From the NCBI GenBank assembly GCA_963422615.1, contig OY730414.1, forward strand, positions 2,464,302-2,528,301: a stretch of 64,000 bases of DNA, read 5' to 3'. Origin of the DNA: Longimicrobiales bacterium (GTDB lineage Bacteria > Gemmatimonadota > Gemmatimonadetes > Longimicrobiales > Gaopeijiaceae). Of the stretch, positions 49,207 through 59,385 are shown one piece after another. The position numbers were made by a program, and so were the translations under genes. Each line of letters opens with the position of its first letter. The first letter of the stretch is position 1. Under the pieces are notes generated by a model. That model was not told where the DNA came from. It was given only the letters and a program-made list of their open reading frames with translations, and made no database searches.

Positions 49207-50553
49207 TCATGGCGTCTGGCGAAACCTTTCGACAAAGCTCGTGTCGACGTCGCCCTCCTGGAATGCTTGATCCCGAGTGATTCGGGACAGGTAGCCGATC
49301 GTGGTGGAGATTCCCTCGACGACGAAGGACTCCAGGGCCTCCCGACCTCTGACAACCGCCTCTTCACGGTCGTTTCCCCAAACGACGAGCTTGGCAATCA
49401 GGGAATCATAGAAGGGGGGAACCCGATAACCGGAGTAGACGTGCGTATCGACGCGAACACCGGGACCCCCCGGCTGATGAAAGGTCGTGATCTCTCCTGG
49501 AGAAGGGGCAAACCCCCGCGCCGGGTCTTCGGCATTGATCCTGAACTCAATGGCGTGGCCCCGGGGAACAGGTTCCCCGGAAGGGAAAGACAGCTCATCT
49601 CCGGCCGCGACCCGGACTTGCTCCTTGACCAGATCGAAGCCTGTCGTCACTTCGGTCACCGGGTGCTCAACCTGAATGCGTGTATTCATCTCAATGAAGT
49701 AGAAATCGCCGGAGCTGTCCAGTAGGAACTCGACCGTGCCGGCGCCCGTATAACCGATCGCCCGAGCCGCCCGAACCGCCGCGTCCCCCATGGCCCGTCG
49801 AAGTTCGGGAGTAAGCGCGGGGGAGGGCGCCTCTTCGATCAGCTTCTGATGGCGGCGCTGGATCGAGCAGTCCCTTTCGCCCAGGTGAACCACCCGACCT
49901 CGGTGGTCTCCGAAGACCTGGAATTCGATGTGCCTGGGTCGGACAACACACCGCTCCAAGTACAAGCCGCCATCCCCGAAGGCCGCGCTCGCTTCCCCCT
50001 GAGCCTGGGCGAAAGCGCGCGGAAAGGAACCCTCGTCCCGGGCAATCCGCATTCCCCTCCCACCGCCTCCCGCCGTGGCCTTGATCATAACGGGAAATCC
50101 GATCTCCCGGGCCAGGGAGGATGCTTCCTCCGCGTCTTTCACCACGCCCTCCGAACCCGGGACAACGGGAACGCCGGCCCTCTGCATGGTCTCCCGGGCT
50201 TTCGCCTTGTCCCCCATGGCGCGTATCTGCTTGGGTGACGGCCCCACGAAAACCAAGTCCGAACTCCGGCAGATCTCGGCGAATTCCGCGTTTTCCGCCA
50301 AGAATCCGTACCCGGGATGCACGGCCTCTGCCCCCGTAATCTCCGCCGAGGCAATAATCTGCGGCATATTGAGATAGGATTTTGACGCACTGGCCGGTCC
50401 GATGCAGACGGCTTCGTCGGCAAAGCGCACGTGAAGGGACTCCCGATCCGCCTCCGAGTAGACGGCCACCGTTGCGACCCCCAACTCCCGGCAGGCCCGG
50501 ACGATCCGAAGCGCAATTTCGCCGCGGTTCGCGATCAGCAACTTGTTGAACAT
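49207..50553 (-). CDS. accC: Biotin carboxylase
   Basis: [35 protein letters not shown]. Confidence 0.98.
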   Translation of the reverse strand: MFNKLLIANRGEIALRIVRACRELGVATVAVYSEADRESLHVRFADEAVCIGPASASKSYLNMPQIIASAEITGAEAVHPGYGFLAENAEFAEICRSSDLVFVGPSPKQIRAMGDKAKARETMQRAGVPVVPGSEGVVKDAEEASSLAREIGFPVMIKATAGGGGRGMRIARDEGSFPRAFAQAQGEASAAFGDGGLYLERCVVRPRHIEFQVFGDHRGRVVHLGERDCSIQRRHQKLIEEAPSPALTPELRRAMGDAAVRAARAIGYTGAGTVEFLLDSSGDFYFIEMNTRIQVEHPVTEVTTGFDLVKEQVRVAAGDELSFPSGEPVPRGHAIEFRINAEDPARGFAPSPGEITTFHQPGGPGVRVDTHVYSGYRVPPFYDSLIAKLVVWGNDREEAVVRGREALESFVVEGISTTIGYLSRITRDQAFQEGDVDTSFVERFRQTP

Positions 50554-50568
50554 CGCCGGGGCTTCCCG

Positions 50569-51048
50569 TCAGGCCGGGGCAATACGGAAGAGCACCTGTC
50601 CGAAATCCACAGGCTCGGCGTTTTCTACGCAGACCTCCACGATGTGGCCCGCAGATTCGCACTCGAGCTCGTTCATCAGCTTCATCGCTTCGATCACGCA
50701 CAGCACATCGCCTTCCGCCACGGACGTGCCCACATCCACATAGGGGTCGGCGTCCGGAGACGGTGCGCGGTAGAAGGTCCCGACCATGGGCGAAGTGACG
50801 TCCAGGAGCCGGGCCGACGATGGAGCCGATTCCCCGCCGTCCGCCACTTGCGCCGACGATTGCTGGGTGGACCCAACGGAGGCTTGGGTGGGAGCCGGCG
50901 GCGAGGAAACCGGTCCCGCCGGGGAGGCCCCGAAGCCGGGGGACTTGGACAAGCGGATACGGGTTCCTCCCCGCTTGATCTCCATGTTGTCCAGGGAAGA
51001 CTCGTCCAGCATCCGGACGAGAAACTCCAAGAAGTCTCTGTCGATCAT
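50569..51048 (-). CDS. accB: Biotin carboxyl carrier protein
   Basis: SPMVGTFY, IEAMKLMN. Confidence 0.98.
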   Translation of the reverse strand: MIDRDFLEFLVRMLDESSLDNMEIKRGGTRIRLSKSPGFGASPAGPVSSPPAPTQASVGSTQQSSAQVADGGESAPSSARLLDVTSPMVGTFYRAPSPDADPYVDVGTSVAEGDVLCVIEAMKLMNELECESAGHIVEVCVENAEPVDFGQVLFRIAPA

Positions 51049-51611
51049 CCGCTCAAACGGGCTAGGTACTTGTTTTCCCGGCGGTCGATCTTCAACAGGT
51101 CGCCCACTTCCACGAACAGAGGAACCTGGATCACGGCGCCGGTTTCCAGGGTGGCCGGCTTGGTTGCGCCCTGCGCCGTGTCGCCCCGGTACCCCGGATC
51201 TGTGTAGGTCACGCAGAGTTCGACAAAGTGCGGAATCTCCACGCTGATGACTTTGCCGTCGTGGACCAGCCCTTCACACCTCATGTTCTCCTTCAGGTAC
51301 TTGAGCTGGTCCTCACCCAACATGTCCCTGCTGACGGGAATCATGTCGAAGGTCTCCTGGTCCATGAAGTGGTAGAGCTCTCCGTCCGTGTATGAGTAGT
51401 TGACCGGCCGCCGCTCCAGCCTGACGCTGGTAACCTTCTCCCCGGCGCGGTAGGTACGGTCAACCACGGCGCCGGTAAGAACATTCTTCAACTTGGTGCG
51501 CACGAACGCGCCGCCCTTGCCGGGCTTCACGTGCTGAAAGTAGGTGATGGTCCAGAGCGCACCGTCAATCTCCAGGACCATTCCGTTACGGAAATTCGCG
51601 GTGCTTGCCAT
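51045..51611 (-). CDS. efp: Elongation factor P
   Basis: QHVKPGKGGAF, KPATLETG, VPLF. Confidence 0.98.
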   Translation of the reverse strand: MASTANFRNGMVLEIDGALWTITYFQHVKPGKGGAFVRTKLKNVLTGAVVDRTYRAGEKVTSVRLERRPVNYSYTDGELYHFMDQETFDMIPVSRDMLGEDQLKYLKENMRCEGLVHDGKVISVEIPHFVELCVTYTDPGYRGDTAQGATKPATLETGAVIQVPLFVEVGDLLKIDRRENKYLARLSG

Positions 51612-51668
51612 TGACTTCGGTCTGGGTATCTCCGAATCGGGTCTGGGGGGGTTTCCACCGACGAGCCG

Positions 51669-52132
51669 TCACGGCCGAGACCGGGGGGCCGAGTCTTGCC
51701 GTCGAACGAGGCAGTTGTACAGACAACGTAATCCCGAAAGGTAGCTATCCAGCCCGAAACCGGCGACCACTCCCACCGCAGCCGGGGTGATCAGGGAGGA
51801 CCGGCGGAAGGGCTCCCGGCTCCCTGGATTGGTCAGGTGGACTTCGGCGAAGGGTACGGAGACGGCAAGCAGTCCGTCGAGAAGGGCCACCGAAGTGTGT
51901 CCCAGACCGGCGGGGTTGATCAGGACCCCGTCGGCCCACTCCCGGACGCCGGCCAGGAAGTCAAGTATCTTCCTTCCGAGTTGGACTGGAAGACTTCGAT
52001 CCCGACGCCCAGTTTCCGGGCGAGTTGGGCAAGGGCCCGGTTCACGTCCTCCAGGGTCACCGTACCGTAGATTTCCGGCTCCCGAACCCCCAGCAGATTA
52101 AGGTTCGGGCCATGTACCACCGCGATGTTCAT
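51669..52132 (-). pseudogene. aroQ: Type II 3-dehydroquinate dehydratase with a 1-nt deletion frameshift near 51970
   Basis: HGPNLNLLGVREPEIYG...FQSNSEG in one frame, then ILDFLAGVREWADGVLINPAGLGHTSVALLD...EVHLTN...REPFR in another. Confidence 0.88.
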
Positions 52133-52430
52133 GGAAGCGTCCTCCTGGGCAACAGCCGTTTCGGTATCGTCCCCGGGCGTCCGCGCACCGGGGCATCCGC
52201 GCAAAATGTCTGGGGCGGGTTCCAGTTCCAGGTGACTATTCACAGGGGACTACGACATAGTCTCCTGCCCATGAGTTTACCCGCGCCCGCCCGGGCAACG
52301 ATAGCCGCCCCCTTTGGCGTCTGCGGCGGAAATTCGGCCGTTTACAATGAGGTGAGGGCTCTCCGTTGCTTGAAGCGGCGTCGGGAGAGAGGTTAGCTTC
52401 CCATTCCAAGACTACCGGGAGGTGCCGAAA

Positions 52431-54269
52431 ATGATGCGGCAGATGCGGGAAAATACGAAGTGGATCATGCTCTTGGCAGGGGCAGCCTTCGTGGGGCTCA
52501 TGTTCTTCGAGTGGGGGATGGACATCACAGGCCAGACGGCCGGGTCCTTCGGGGAGATCGGCCGGGTCAACGGCACCCCGGTTTCGTACGACCAGTACAT
52601 GGCGTCGTACCGGAACCTCTACGACCGGCTCCAGACCACGCAGGAAGAGCCGGTTACCAACACGCAGAATTCGGATCTGGAAGACCAAGCCTGGGAAGAA
52701 GTCGTCACTTCGATCCTCATTCAGCAAGAGCTCAAGCGGAGAGGAATCGTGGTTACCGACGAAGAGCTGGTCAACGCGGCCCGTTTCAGCCCGCCGCCGG
52801 ATCTGGCGACGAACCCGGCATTCCAGACCGAGGGCCAATTCGATCTGGGGAAGTATCAGCAGTTCATGGCGACCGCCGACAATGTGGTGCTGTTGCAGCT
52901 GGAAGCCTACTACCGCGACATCATCCCCAGGGGGAAGCTCCTCCGCCAGGTCGGGTCCGGAATCTACGTTTCGGACAACGAACTCTGGACCGTCTTCAAG
53001 GATGAAAATGAAAAGGCAAGCGTTCGATACGTTTCCTTCGACCCCCTGGTCCGCGTTGACGACGACCGCATTGAGATTACGGCCGAAGAAGTGGCCCGTT
53101 ACTACGACGAAAACCGGGAGGACTTCGCCGTTCCAGCCACGGCAAACGTTATCTCGGTCGCCATCTCCAAGACCCCCACCCCAGCGGACACGGCCGCCGT
53201 TGCGCGGAGGGCCGCCGAGCTTCGCCGGTCCATCCTCGATGGTGAAGACTTCGGGGAGCTGGCTCGCCGGGAGTCTTCCGACGAGGCTTCGGCTCAAGCG
53301 GGGGGTGATCTCGGGGTATTTCCAAGGGGGATGATGACCGCCGTTTTCGATTCGGCCGTCTTCGCCGCTGGGCTGAACCGGATCACGGAACCCGTTCGAA
53401 CCGGGTTCGGCATCCATCTCATCGAAGTGACCGGCCGCTGGGGCCAGGATTCCGCCCAGGCCCGACACATTCTTCTTCCCTTTGAACGTACCGATGAGTC
53501 CGAGTTCGATCTCCTGGAAATGGCTGACTCTCTTGAGGAGCTCGGCGAATCGATGCCCCTGGAACAAGCCGCCATCGCCTTGGGGCTGGAGGCCGACACT
53601 CTCGACCTTACCGAGACCTTCCCCATCGTGCCTGGCGCCGGACGGGTGGCGGAGGGAGGAGAGTGGGCCTTCGACCCCGAGACCTATCCCGGGGATACCA
53701 GCCCTGTATTCGAGAACCGAGCCTCGTTCTATGCCCTGGAGCTGGTGTCCGCCGATCCCGCGAGCTACCTCACGGAGGCGGAGGCAGAGACGGCCATCCG
53801 ACAGTCGATCGGGGTGACGAAGAAGGTGGCCATCGCTACGGAGGAGGCGCGGGCTTTCGCGCAAGAAACCCGGAACGGACGATCGCTCACCGAACTGGCC
53901 GCGGAGAACGGCTTGGAGATACAGGAGACGGGGCCCTTCGTCCGAACCGATTTCGTACCCGGGCTGGGGCGCTACAACGCTGCCGTGGGCACCGCCTTCG
54001 GGCTGGAGGTCGGCGAAGTTTCGGACGTCGTCGAAGCGAACCAGAATGCTTTCGTCATTGAGCGAACCGCCTATGAAGCGGCGGACAGTCTTGCGTGGGT
54101 GGAGCAACTTGAAATGCACCGCGCCCGAGCCGTCAACGCCATCCGACAACAGCGTCTCGCCCAATGGATCGATGCCCTGCGGGAAACGGCCAACATCGTT
54201 GACCGGCGAGAGGAGGTCCTGAGCCCTCCCGACGAGGAACAGGCTCCCCTGTTGCCTCCCCTGTTCTAA
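52431..54269 (+). CDS. Membrane-anchored parvulin PPIase/chaperone (PpiD/SurA-like)
   Basis: MMRQMRENTKW plus TM helix, FGELARRESSD, GGDLG, TGFGIHLI, ARHIL. Confidence 0.9.
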   Translation: MMRQMRENTKWIMLLAGAAFVGLMFFEWGMDITGQTAGSFGEIGRVNGTPVSYDQYMASYRNLYDRLQTTQEEPVTNTQNSDLEDQAWEEVVTSILIQQELKRRGIVVTDEELVNAARFSPPPDLATNPAFQTEGQFDLGKYQQFMATADNVVLLQLEAYYRDIIPRGKLLRQVGSGIYVSDNELWTVFKDENEKASVRYVSFDPLVRVDDDRIEITAEEVARYYDENREDFAVPATANVISVAISKTPTPADTAAVARRAAELRRSILDGEDFGELARRESSDEASAQAGGDLGVFPRGMMTAVFDSAVFAAGLNRITEPVRTGFGIHLIEVTGRWGQDSAQARHILLPFERTDESEFDLLEMADSLEELGESMPLEQAAIALGLEADTLDLTETFPIVPGAGRVAEGGEWAFDPETYPGDTSPVFENRASFYALELVSADPASYLTEAEAETAIRQSIGVTKKVAIATEEARAFAQETRNGRSLTELAAENGLEIQETGPFVRTDFVPGLGRYNAAVGTAFGLEVGEVSDVVEANQNAFVIERTAYEAADSLAWVEQLEMHRARAVNAIRQQRLAQWIDALRETANIVDRREEVLSPPDEEQAPLLPPLF

Positions 54270-54569
54270 TGGTGCCGGGGCTTACTTTCTCCTTATCGGG
54301 CATGAGGACGCCGGGGACCCGGACGTTCGGGCCCTCTCGGTTGAGGGTCCGCGACGCCGGCGTCGTCTCGGTCGGCGCCCGACTTTGATCCCCATTTGAC
54401 TATGGGCGAATAAGGGCTAACTCGGGCGATGGAGACAGGCGAACTGGGCCGAAGGTCGGCCCCCAAGCACTGAAGGCGGCCAAGTAGGGAACCTTGGGTC
54501 GGGGATCACCGCCGACCCCGTCCTCCCCCGCCTCCGGCAGAAGAGCAGGCGCTGGAAGCCGCCTCCGGG

Positions 54570-54806
54570 TCAGCCGGTCGTCAGTCGGCGAGGGGCGTTC
54601 TCATCCTCCCCGCCGGTCGATTGGGAGATGGATCGCTCCTTGACGGGAGCCTTCAACTCCCCTTCGATCTCTCGCACCGAAGACTTGAACTCCTTGATGC
54701 CCTTTCCGAGGGACGTCCCGATCTCCGGAAGTCGCTTCGCTCCAAAAACGAGCAGGACAACGAAGAAGATCAGAATCATTTCCCACATGCCAAGATTGAA
54801 CGGCAT
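54570..54806 (-). CDS. tatA: Twin-arginine translocase TatA
   Basis: LLVFGAKRLPEIGTSLGKGIKEFK; AGGAGG SD. Confidence 0.95.
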   Translation of the reverse strand: MPFNLGMWEMILIFFVVLLVFGAKRLPEIGTSLGKGIKEFKSSVREIEGELKAPVKERSISQSTGGEDENAPRRLTTG

Positions 54807-54977
54807 ACTCACCACCTCCTGTGTCCGGGATCTCCGGGGGGAATGCTCCCCGTAGCCGGTCCGCCAGAGACCGGAAGAAGAAGCTAACCCGTCATCCGTC
54901 CTCGTGGGAAGATTAGGTCGGCTTCCGGTCCGGCCCGGAAAGCCGGCCCGCTTGCGGACGGGGGGAAGCTGGACCCC

Positions 54978-55256
54978 CTACATCCAGGAACGCACCACGA
55001 ACGCCACGATGGCGATCCCCACCAGGGTGAGCACGTTCACGTAAAAAGATACCGGCCCCACCGTGACGCCAACGGCTACGAGCTCAATGGAAAAGGGACC
55101 CACGGACGCGGACACCCCCGTCGTGAGAAAAGAGCGGGCAGCGCTTTCCGGCAGAAACCTCCCAGAGAGCTCGGTCAGCAACCCGCCCAGAACCAGCCCG
55201 AGGGCAAGGGTCAGCAACCCCCGCATGGCGCGACGCTTCTGGTTCGGTTCCACCAT
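54978..55256 (-). CDS. Small membrane protein (DUF4321-like)
   Basis: TM helix, FLTTGV...GPFSIEL, second hydrophobic segment. Confidence 0.7.
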   Translation of the reverse strand: MVEPNQKRRAMRGLLTLALGLVLGGLLTELSGRFLPESAARSFLTTGVSASVGPFSIELVAVGVTVGPVSFYVNVLTLVGIAIVAFVVRSWM

Positions 55257-55425
55257 TCAACTAACACTCCGTTCCGAAGGTGGCGGCCGGTTTCTTCGTC
55301 ATCCCGGGGCGGGGGCCACCCAATGATTCCTTGATCGTGGAGGACGACGCTGAACCAGACGGACCCATGGCAACGGGTTCTCCTGGGCGTGTGCCCCTTC
55401 TCCACCGGGCGTCCAAGTCATTCTC

Positions 55426-56430
55426 TCAGCGAGTGCGGTCAACCGCATAGATGACGGACTCCCGGAGAGCCTCTACGGCCGATCCGGGTTCAAGGTCTCC
55501 GATGGCCGCCTCCGCCGAATCGGCGTACTCCCTTGCCTTCCTTCGGGCGTATCTCACCCCCCCGCTTCGCCGCACGAGATCGATCGTATCCTGAACGTCC
55601 AAGTCTCCCGGCTCCACCAGGGTGAAGACATGCCTTACCCGCTCGATGTCGGGAGGCGACATCTTACGGAGGGCGCCGACCAGGGGAAGGGTGACCTTTC
55701 TTCCCCGCAGGTCCAACCCTGCTGGCTTTCCGGTCACATCCTCGCTCCCCGTATAGTCGAGAATATCGTCGGCGATCTGGAAGGCCATCCCCAAACAAAG
55801 ACCGAACTGTTTCAACTGAGAGCGGTAGACTGGAGCGCCCACCAACGCCCCCATCTCGCAGGCAGCCGACATGAGCGACGCGGTCTTCGCGGCAATCAAC
55901 CGGAAGTACTCCGCTTCCGAGAAGCCCACATCGTCGTAGGAAAGGAGCTGTCGCATTTCTCCCACGCTCATTTCGTTCGCCGCGGATGCCAGCACCCGAA
56001 CGACCTCCAGGTTCCCGAGGCGGGCCAACTCCGTCACCGAACGGCTGTACAGGTAGTCGCCCATGATGATGGCGATCTGGTGCGTCCAAAGGGAATTGAC
56101 CGTCGGCATCCCCCGGCGCAACACCGAATGGTCCACGGCGTCGTCGTGCACCAAGGTGGCCATATGGACGAGCTCCACGGCTGCCGCAAGGCTCACGGAT
56201 TCATCCGCCGCCTCACCGCCGACCTCGCTGGACAAAAGCAAGAGGGTCGGCCTGATGAGCTTCCCCGGGACATTGAGAAGGTAGTCGTTCACCTCCTCGA
56301 TCATGGCAAAATCCGAGGCCGCGACTTGGCGTAGCTCGTCCACGACCGAATCAAGGCGGTCTCGGACCGGAGCCCGAATCCGGGAGAGCTGCGTCGTTGC
56401 CCGCTCCAGAGCGGAGGTTGTGCTGGTCAT
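55426..56430 (-). CDS. Long-chain polyprenyl diphosphate synthase
   Basis: GKLIRP, HDDAVD...RRG, KTA, FQIADDILD. Confidence 0.95.
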   Translation of the reverse strand: MTSTTSALERATTQLSRIRAPVRDRLDSVVDELRQVAASDFAMIEEVNDYLLNVPGKLIRPTLLLLSSEVGGEAADESVSLAAAVELVHMATLVHDDAVDHSVLRRGMPTVNSLWTHQIAIIMGDYLYSRSVTELARLGNLEVVRVLASAANEMSVGEMRQLLSYDDVGFSEAEYFRLIAAKTASLMSAACEMGALVGAPVYRSQLKQFGLCLGMAFQIADDILDYTGSEDVTGKPAGLDLRGRKVTLPLVGALRKMSPPDIERVRHVFTLVEPGDLDVQDTIDLVRRSGGVRYARRKAREYADSAEAAIGDLEPGSAVEALRESVIYAVDRTR

Positions 56431-56759
56431 GGAACATTCGCCGTACAGAGCGGACTTCCGCCACTCCGGCCCTGAAACGGCGCTGCCAGGGGATCGTAGC
56501 CTCTCATGGAAACAAAGGTAGCAACAGACCCGGAGAAGGCCACACTCCACCCTCGGGCTGGGCATCGTCCGCCCGGCGCGTCCGGCCCTTCCGGAATCGG
56601 GTTTCCGGCGGTCCCGGAATTCCGCCCGCGTCTCATGCCGCGCTTGACCCTCGTCGGAATCCGTTCCGGCCTAGGGTCGCCTACCACCCCGAATGCTCCC
56701 CCAAGGCTCCGCCTTTGTCCGTTCCGCGGTTCGAAGCCATGGTGGAACGGTCCCCGTTC

Positions 56760-57713
56760 TCACCCTTCGTTGCGTCCCGTCCCCGGTTGTATCGAGGCCA
56801 GGTACGCCGACACCCTGCGGCTGAGGATTCGCTTCTCCGACCAGTCTCCGATGCCGACCGTCCGGGCCACGGCGGAGGCTGCAAGAACCTCGGGGATCAT
56901 CCCGATGACTTCCGTCCCGGTCACGCGTCCATTCAGACGCGAAACCTCATCTTCGATCGACCGGAAAACCTCGAGGGGATCTGTTGCCACTAGATTTTCC
57001 AGACTCATGGAAACCTGAATGCGTGCCTGCACCGGCAAACGAAAGGCGAGGGCCCTCAGTCCGGAAAAACCTCCTCCGGCTTCGCGGATTCGAGCCGCGA
57101 TACCCCTGGCCGCCCGCAACGACACACCTTCAAGATCCACGTTCCAAGCCAGGAGCACGCTGCGGGAACCCACGCAGGCCGCGCCCGCGGACGGATGAGC
57201 GAAGGCGTGCACGGGCGCTCCGGTCGCATCTAGGCCCGGAAGGTCGGCCGTCGGCCGGTGGCTGGGCAAGCTCCGAACCAGCGCCTCGAAGCCGCCCCGG
57301 CGGATGGACGCGAGCTTCCGTCCCTTGGGCGAAGCATGGCCGTACCAGTAGACCGGAATCCCCATCCCGGCGATCCGAACTCCGGTTCGGCGGGCCAAGT
57401 CCGTCACCTCCTCCATTTCAAGGCCCCGTATCGGCACAAAGGGAAGGACATCCAAGGCTCCCACCCGAGGATGGACACCCTGGTGGAACCGCAAGTCGAT
57501 GCATCGCAAGGCGATTTCCGCCGCATTGACGGCGCCTTCCTCCACGGCCCGAGGGGATCCGATCACCGTCACCACAGACCGGTTGTGATCGGGGTCGGAA
57601 GTGGCATGAAGGACTTCACAGCCCTCGTCGGCAAACGCCCTGGAGACGGCCACGACGAATTCCGGGTCCCGGCCCTCGCTGAAGTTGGGAACGGCTTTGA
57701 CGACCGGAATCAT
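56760..57713 (-). CDS. ftcD: Glutamate formimidoyltransferase
   Basis: VPNFSEGRD, DPDHNRSV, HQGVHPRVGALDVLPFVP, QVSM. Confidence 0.92.
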   Translation of the reverse strand: MIPVVKAVPNFSEGRDPEFVVAVSRAFADEGCEVLHATSDPDHNRSVVTVIGSPRAVEEGAVNAAEIALRCIDLRFHQGVHPRVGALDVLPFVPIRGLEMEEVTDLARRTGVRIAGMGIPVYWYGHASPKGRKLASIRRGGFEALVRSLPSHRPTADLPGLDATGAPVHAFAHPSAGAACVGSRSVLLAWNVDLEGVSLRAARGIAARIREAGGGFSGLRALAFRLPVQARIQVSMSLENLVATDPLEVFRSIEDEVSRLNGRVTGTEVIGMIPEVLAASAVARTVGIGDWSEKRILSRRVSAYLASIQPGTGRNEG

Positions 57714-57723
57714 CCCTCCCGAA

Positions 57724-58854
57724 TCACCCCCCGTTCGCGGAGACGGCATCAAGGTTGGGATTGCCCGCCTGGGTCTGGTAGGCCCAGTCGAAGACGATCA
57801 GCTCAAGTCCGTCCTGATCAAATCCAGTGCGGCTCACCCGAACGGCGCCAAAGCGGACTTCTCCGTCGTCCCCCGATACTTGGAACATGTAGGTGAATCC
57901 AGCCTCTGCGGCCAGCTCTGCTCGGGAATACCCGGACCGGGGAGCCCGCTCCCACGACGTGCAATCCGAGTCCGCGGCCACCCCGCACTTCAGGGCCGTC
58001 GTCCAACGGGCTTCGGGGTAGATCCTGGTGCTAGGACCGGGCGCGAGCCACAGCCCCCGGGCGTCTGCTTCAAGCCGAAAGTGCCGGTCCGCCCGGTCCC
58101 CCGAAACGACCGCTGGGAGATTCTCCGACTCCTGAAAGCGGAAACCCGAGGCCCCCGGTTCGTCCTGATACGTGTACATGAACTCGTCCGAATAGTCGGG
58201 CCTGGGCGTGCTCGAAACCGTCTCGCTGCCGTCGCTCTCGTGGCCTTGGTCGTCCACGGACGTTACGAAATAGGTATACGTGCTTCCATTCTCCGCCACC
58301 AGGTCAACGAAGCCGGAGGAGTCGGTCTCTCCCAGGAAGAAGTCGCCGTCAGCCTCCCGAAGGTAGACCCGGTACGCCCAGAAGTCGTCTTCGGCGGCTG
58401 GATGATCGCTCCAATGCACGTAGACCGCGTCATCCAGGGCCACGGCCTCCAAGGTGCTCGGGACGGGAGGAGGAACGGGCCTGGGAACGTAGACCTCTAC
58501 GGAAGCACTCTCGGTTTCGAGCCCGGAATCAGGATCCGCCGCGGCAACGAAGTATTCGTACGCATATCCCGGGCGTACATTCGTATCGCGGTAGCCGCAA
58601 CGTCCGTCCGCGCAACTGGTCATCTCGGCAATCAGAAAGTACTCCGGGTCTTCCGTCCGCTTTCCGTACACCCGAAAGATCTCGTCCTCCCACTTTGGCC
58701 CCAGTTTCCAGGAGAGGTCCACGCCGCCGTTGTAGTAGAAGCCCTCCAGTCCCCTGGGCGCATCGGGTTTGCCGGACAGCACCAGTAAGTCTCCATCGTC
58801 GCACCCGGCCACAGCCAATACCACGGCCGAGAAACCCACCACCCATATGCGCAT
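57724..58854 (-). CDS. Lipoprotein with fibronectin type III-like domains
   Basis: Lipobox VAGC; PDAPRGL..VDLSW..YEYFVAA and VPSTLEA..VYVHW..YTYFVTSVDDQGHES; GGGGGAGG SD. Confidence 0.8.
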   Translation of the reverse strand: MRIWVVGFSAVVLAVAGCDDGDLLVLSGKPDAPRGLEGFYYNGGVDLSWKLGPKWEDEIFRVYGKRTEDPEYFLIAEMTSCADGRCGYRDTNVRPGYAYEYFVAAADPDSGLETESASVEVYVPRPVPPPVPSTLEAVALDDAVYVHWSDHPAAEDDFWAYRVYLREADGDFFLGETDSSGFVDLVAENGSTYTYFVTSVDDQGHESDGSETVSSTPRPDYSDEFMYTYQDEPGASGFRFQESENLPAVVSGDRADRHFRLEADARGLWLAPGPSTRIYPEARWTTALKCGVAADSDCTSWERAPRSGYSRAELAAEAGFTYMFQVSGDDGEVRFGAVRVSRTGFDQDGLELIVFDWAYQTQAGNPNLDAVSANGG

Positions 58855-58927
58855 CATACCTCCCCCATCCGTTGAGAAATGGCCCGCCTGACTCACACTC
58901 ATTACGAAACCCGCCGAAGGCAGCAGA

Positions 58928-58943
58928 AGCACATAGCGTGCCG
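58928..58943 (-). promoter_or_regulatory. Sigma54 (-24/-12) promoter
   Basis: Minus strand CGGCACGCTATGTGCT (GG-N10-GC), ~70 nt upstream of the FN3 lipoprotein. Confidence 0.6.
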
Positions 58944-59346
58944 AAATTTTGTCCCGGGTCCACCCACCGCCCGGATAAGTAGATCCCTTCGATTTCCACC
59001 TTAGTCCGGGGGCGGCGCTCGGGAAGCCGTCCTTGATCTTCCGTTGCACCCGGGCGGTGATAGGAACGCCCCCCTGATGCGGCGGCGCTTGGGCGGCGCA
59101 TCGACGTAACCATTCCCGTGGGTCGGCCATTTGGGTCGGCCATTTCTGTCCCTTGAAGAGGACAGTCTGGCACCTCCAGTAGCCAGCAGCGGGGACTCCC
59201 CGCCCGACGGAGAGACCTCTACCCGGCGCCGCCAAAGGCCGGATGCGGGATGGGCGCCCACTCGGTCGCGGGATCCGGCCGCTCGGGCGGCCGCAGCGAC
59301 GATAAAGGGTAACAAAGACCCCTGGGGAACCCGCAATAGACAGCGG

Positions 59347-59374
59347 GCTCTCCGGGCCCCGGGGCCCGGAGAGC
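59347..59374. terminator. Perfect 28-bp palindrome just after lptD (terminator or stability hairpin)
   Basis: GCTCTCCGGGCCCC/GGGGCCCGGAGAGC; no clear U-tract. Confidence 0.5.
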
Positions 59375-59385
59375 GCTATGGCGCT

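Noticed and set aside
54270..54569. ncRNA between the convergent PPIase and tatA genes
   Set aside because: GC-rich hairpins are expected at this composition; no recognisable motif.
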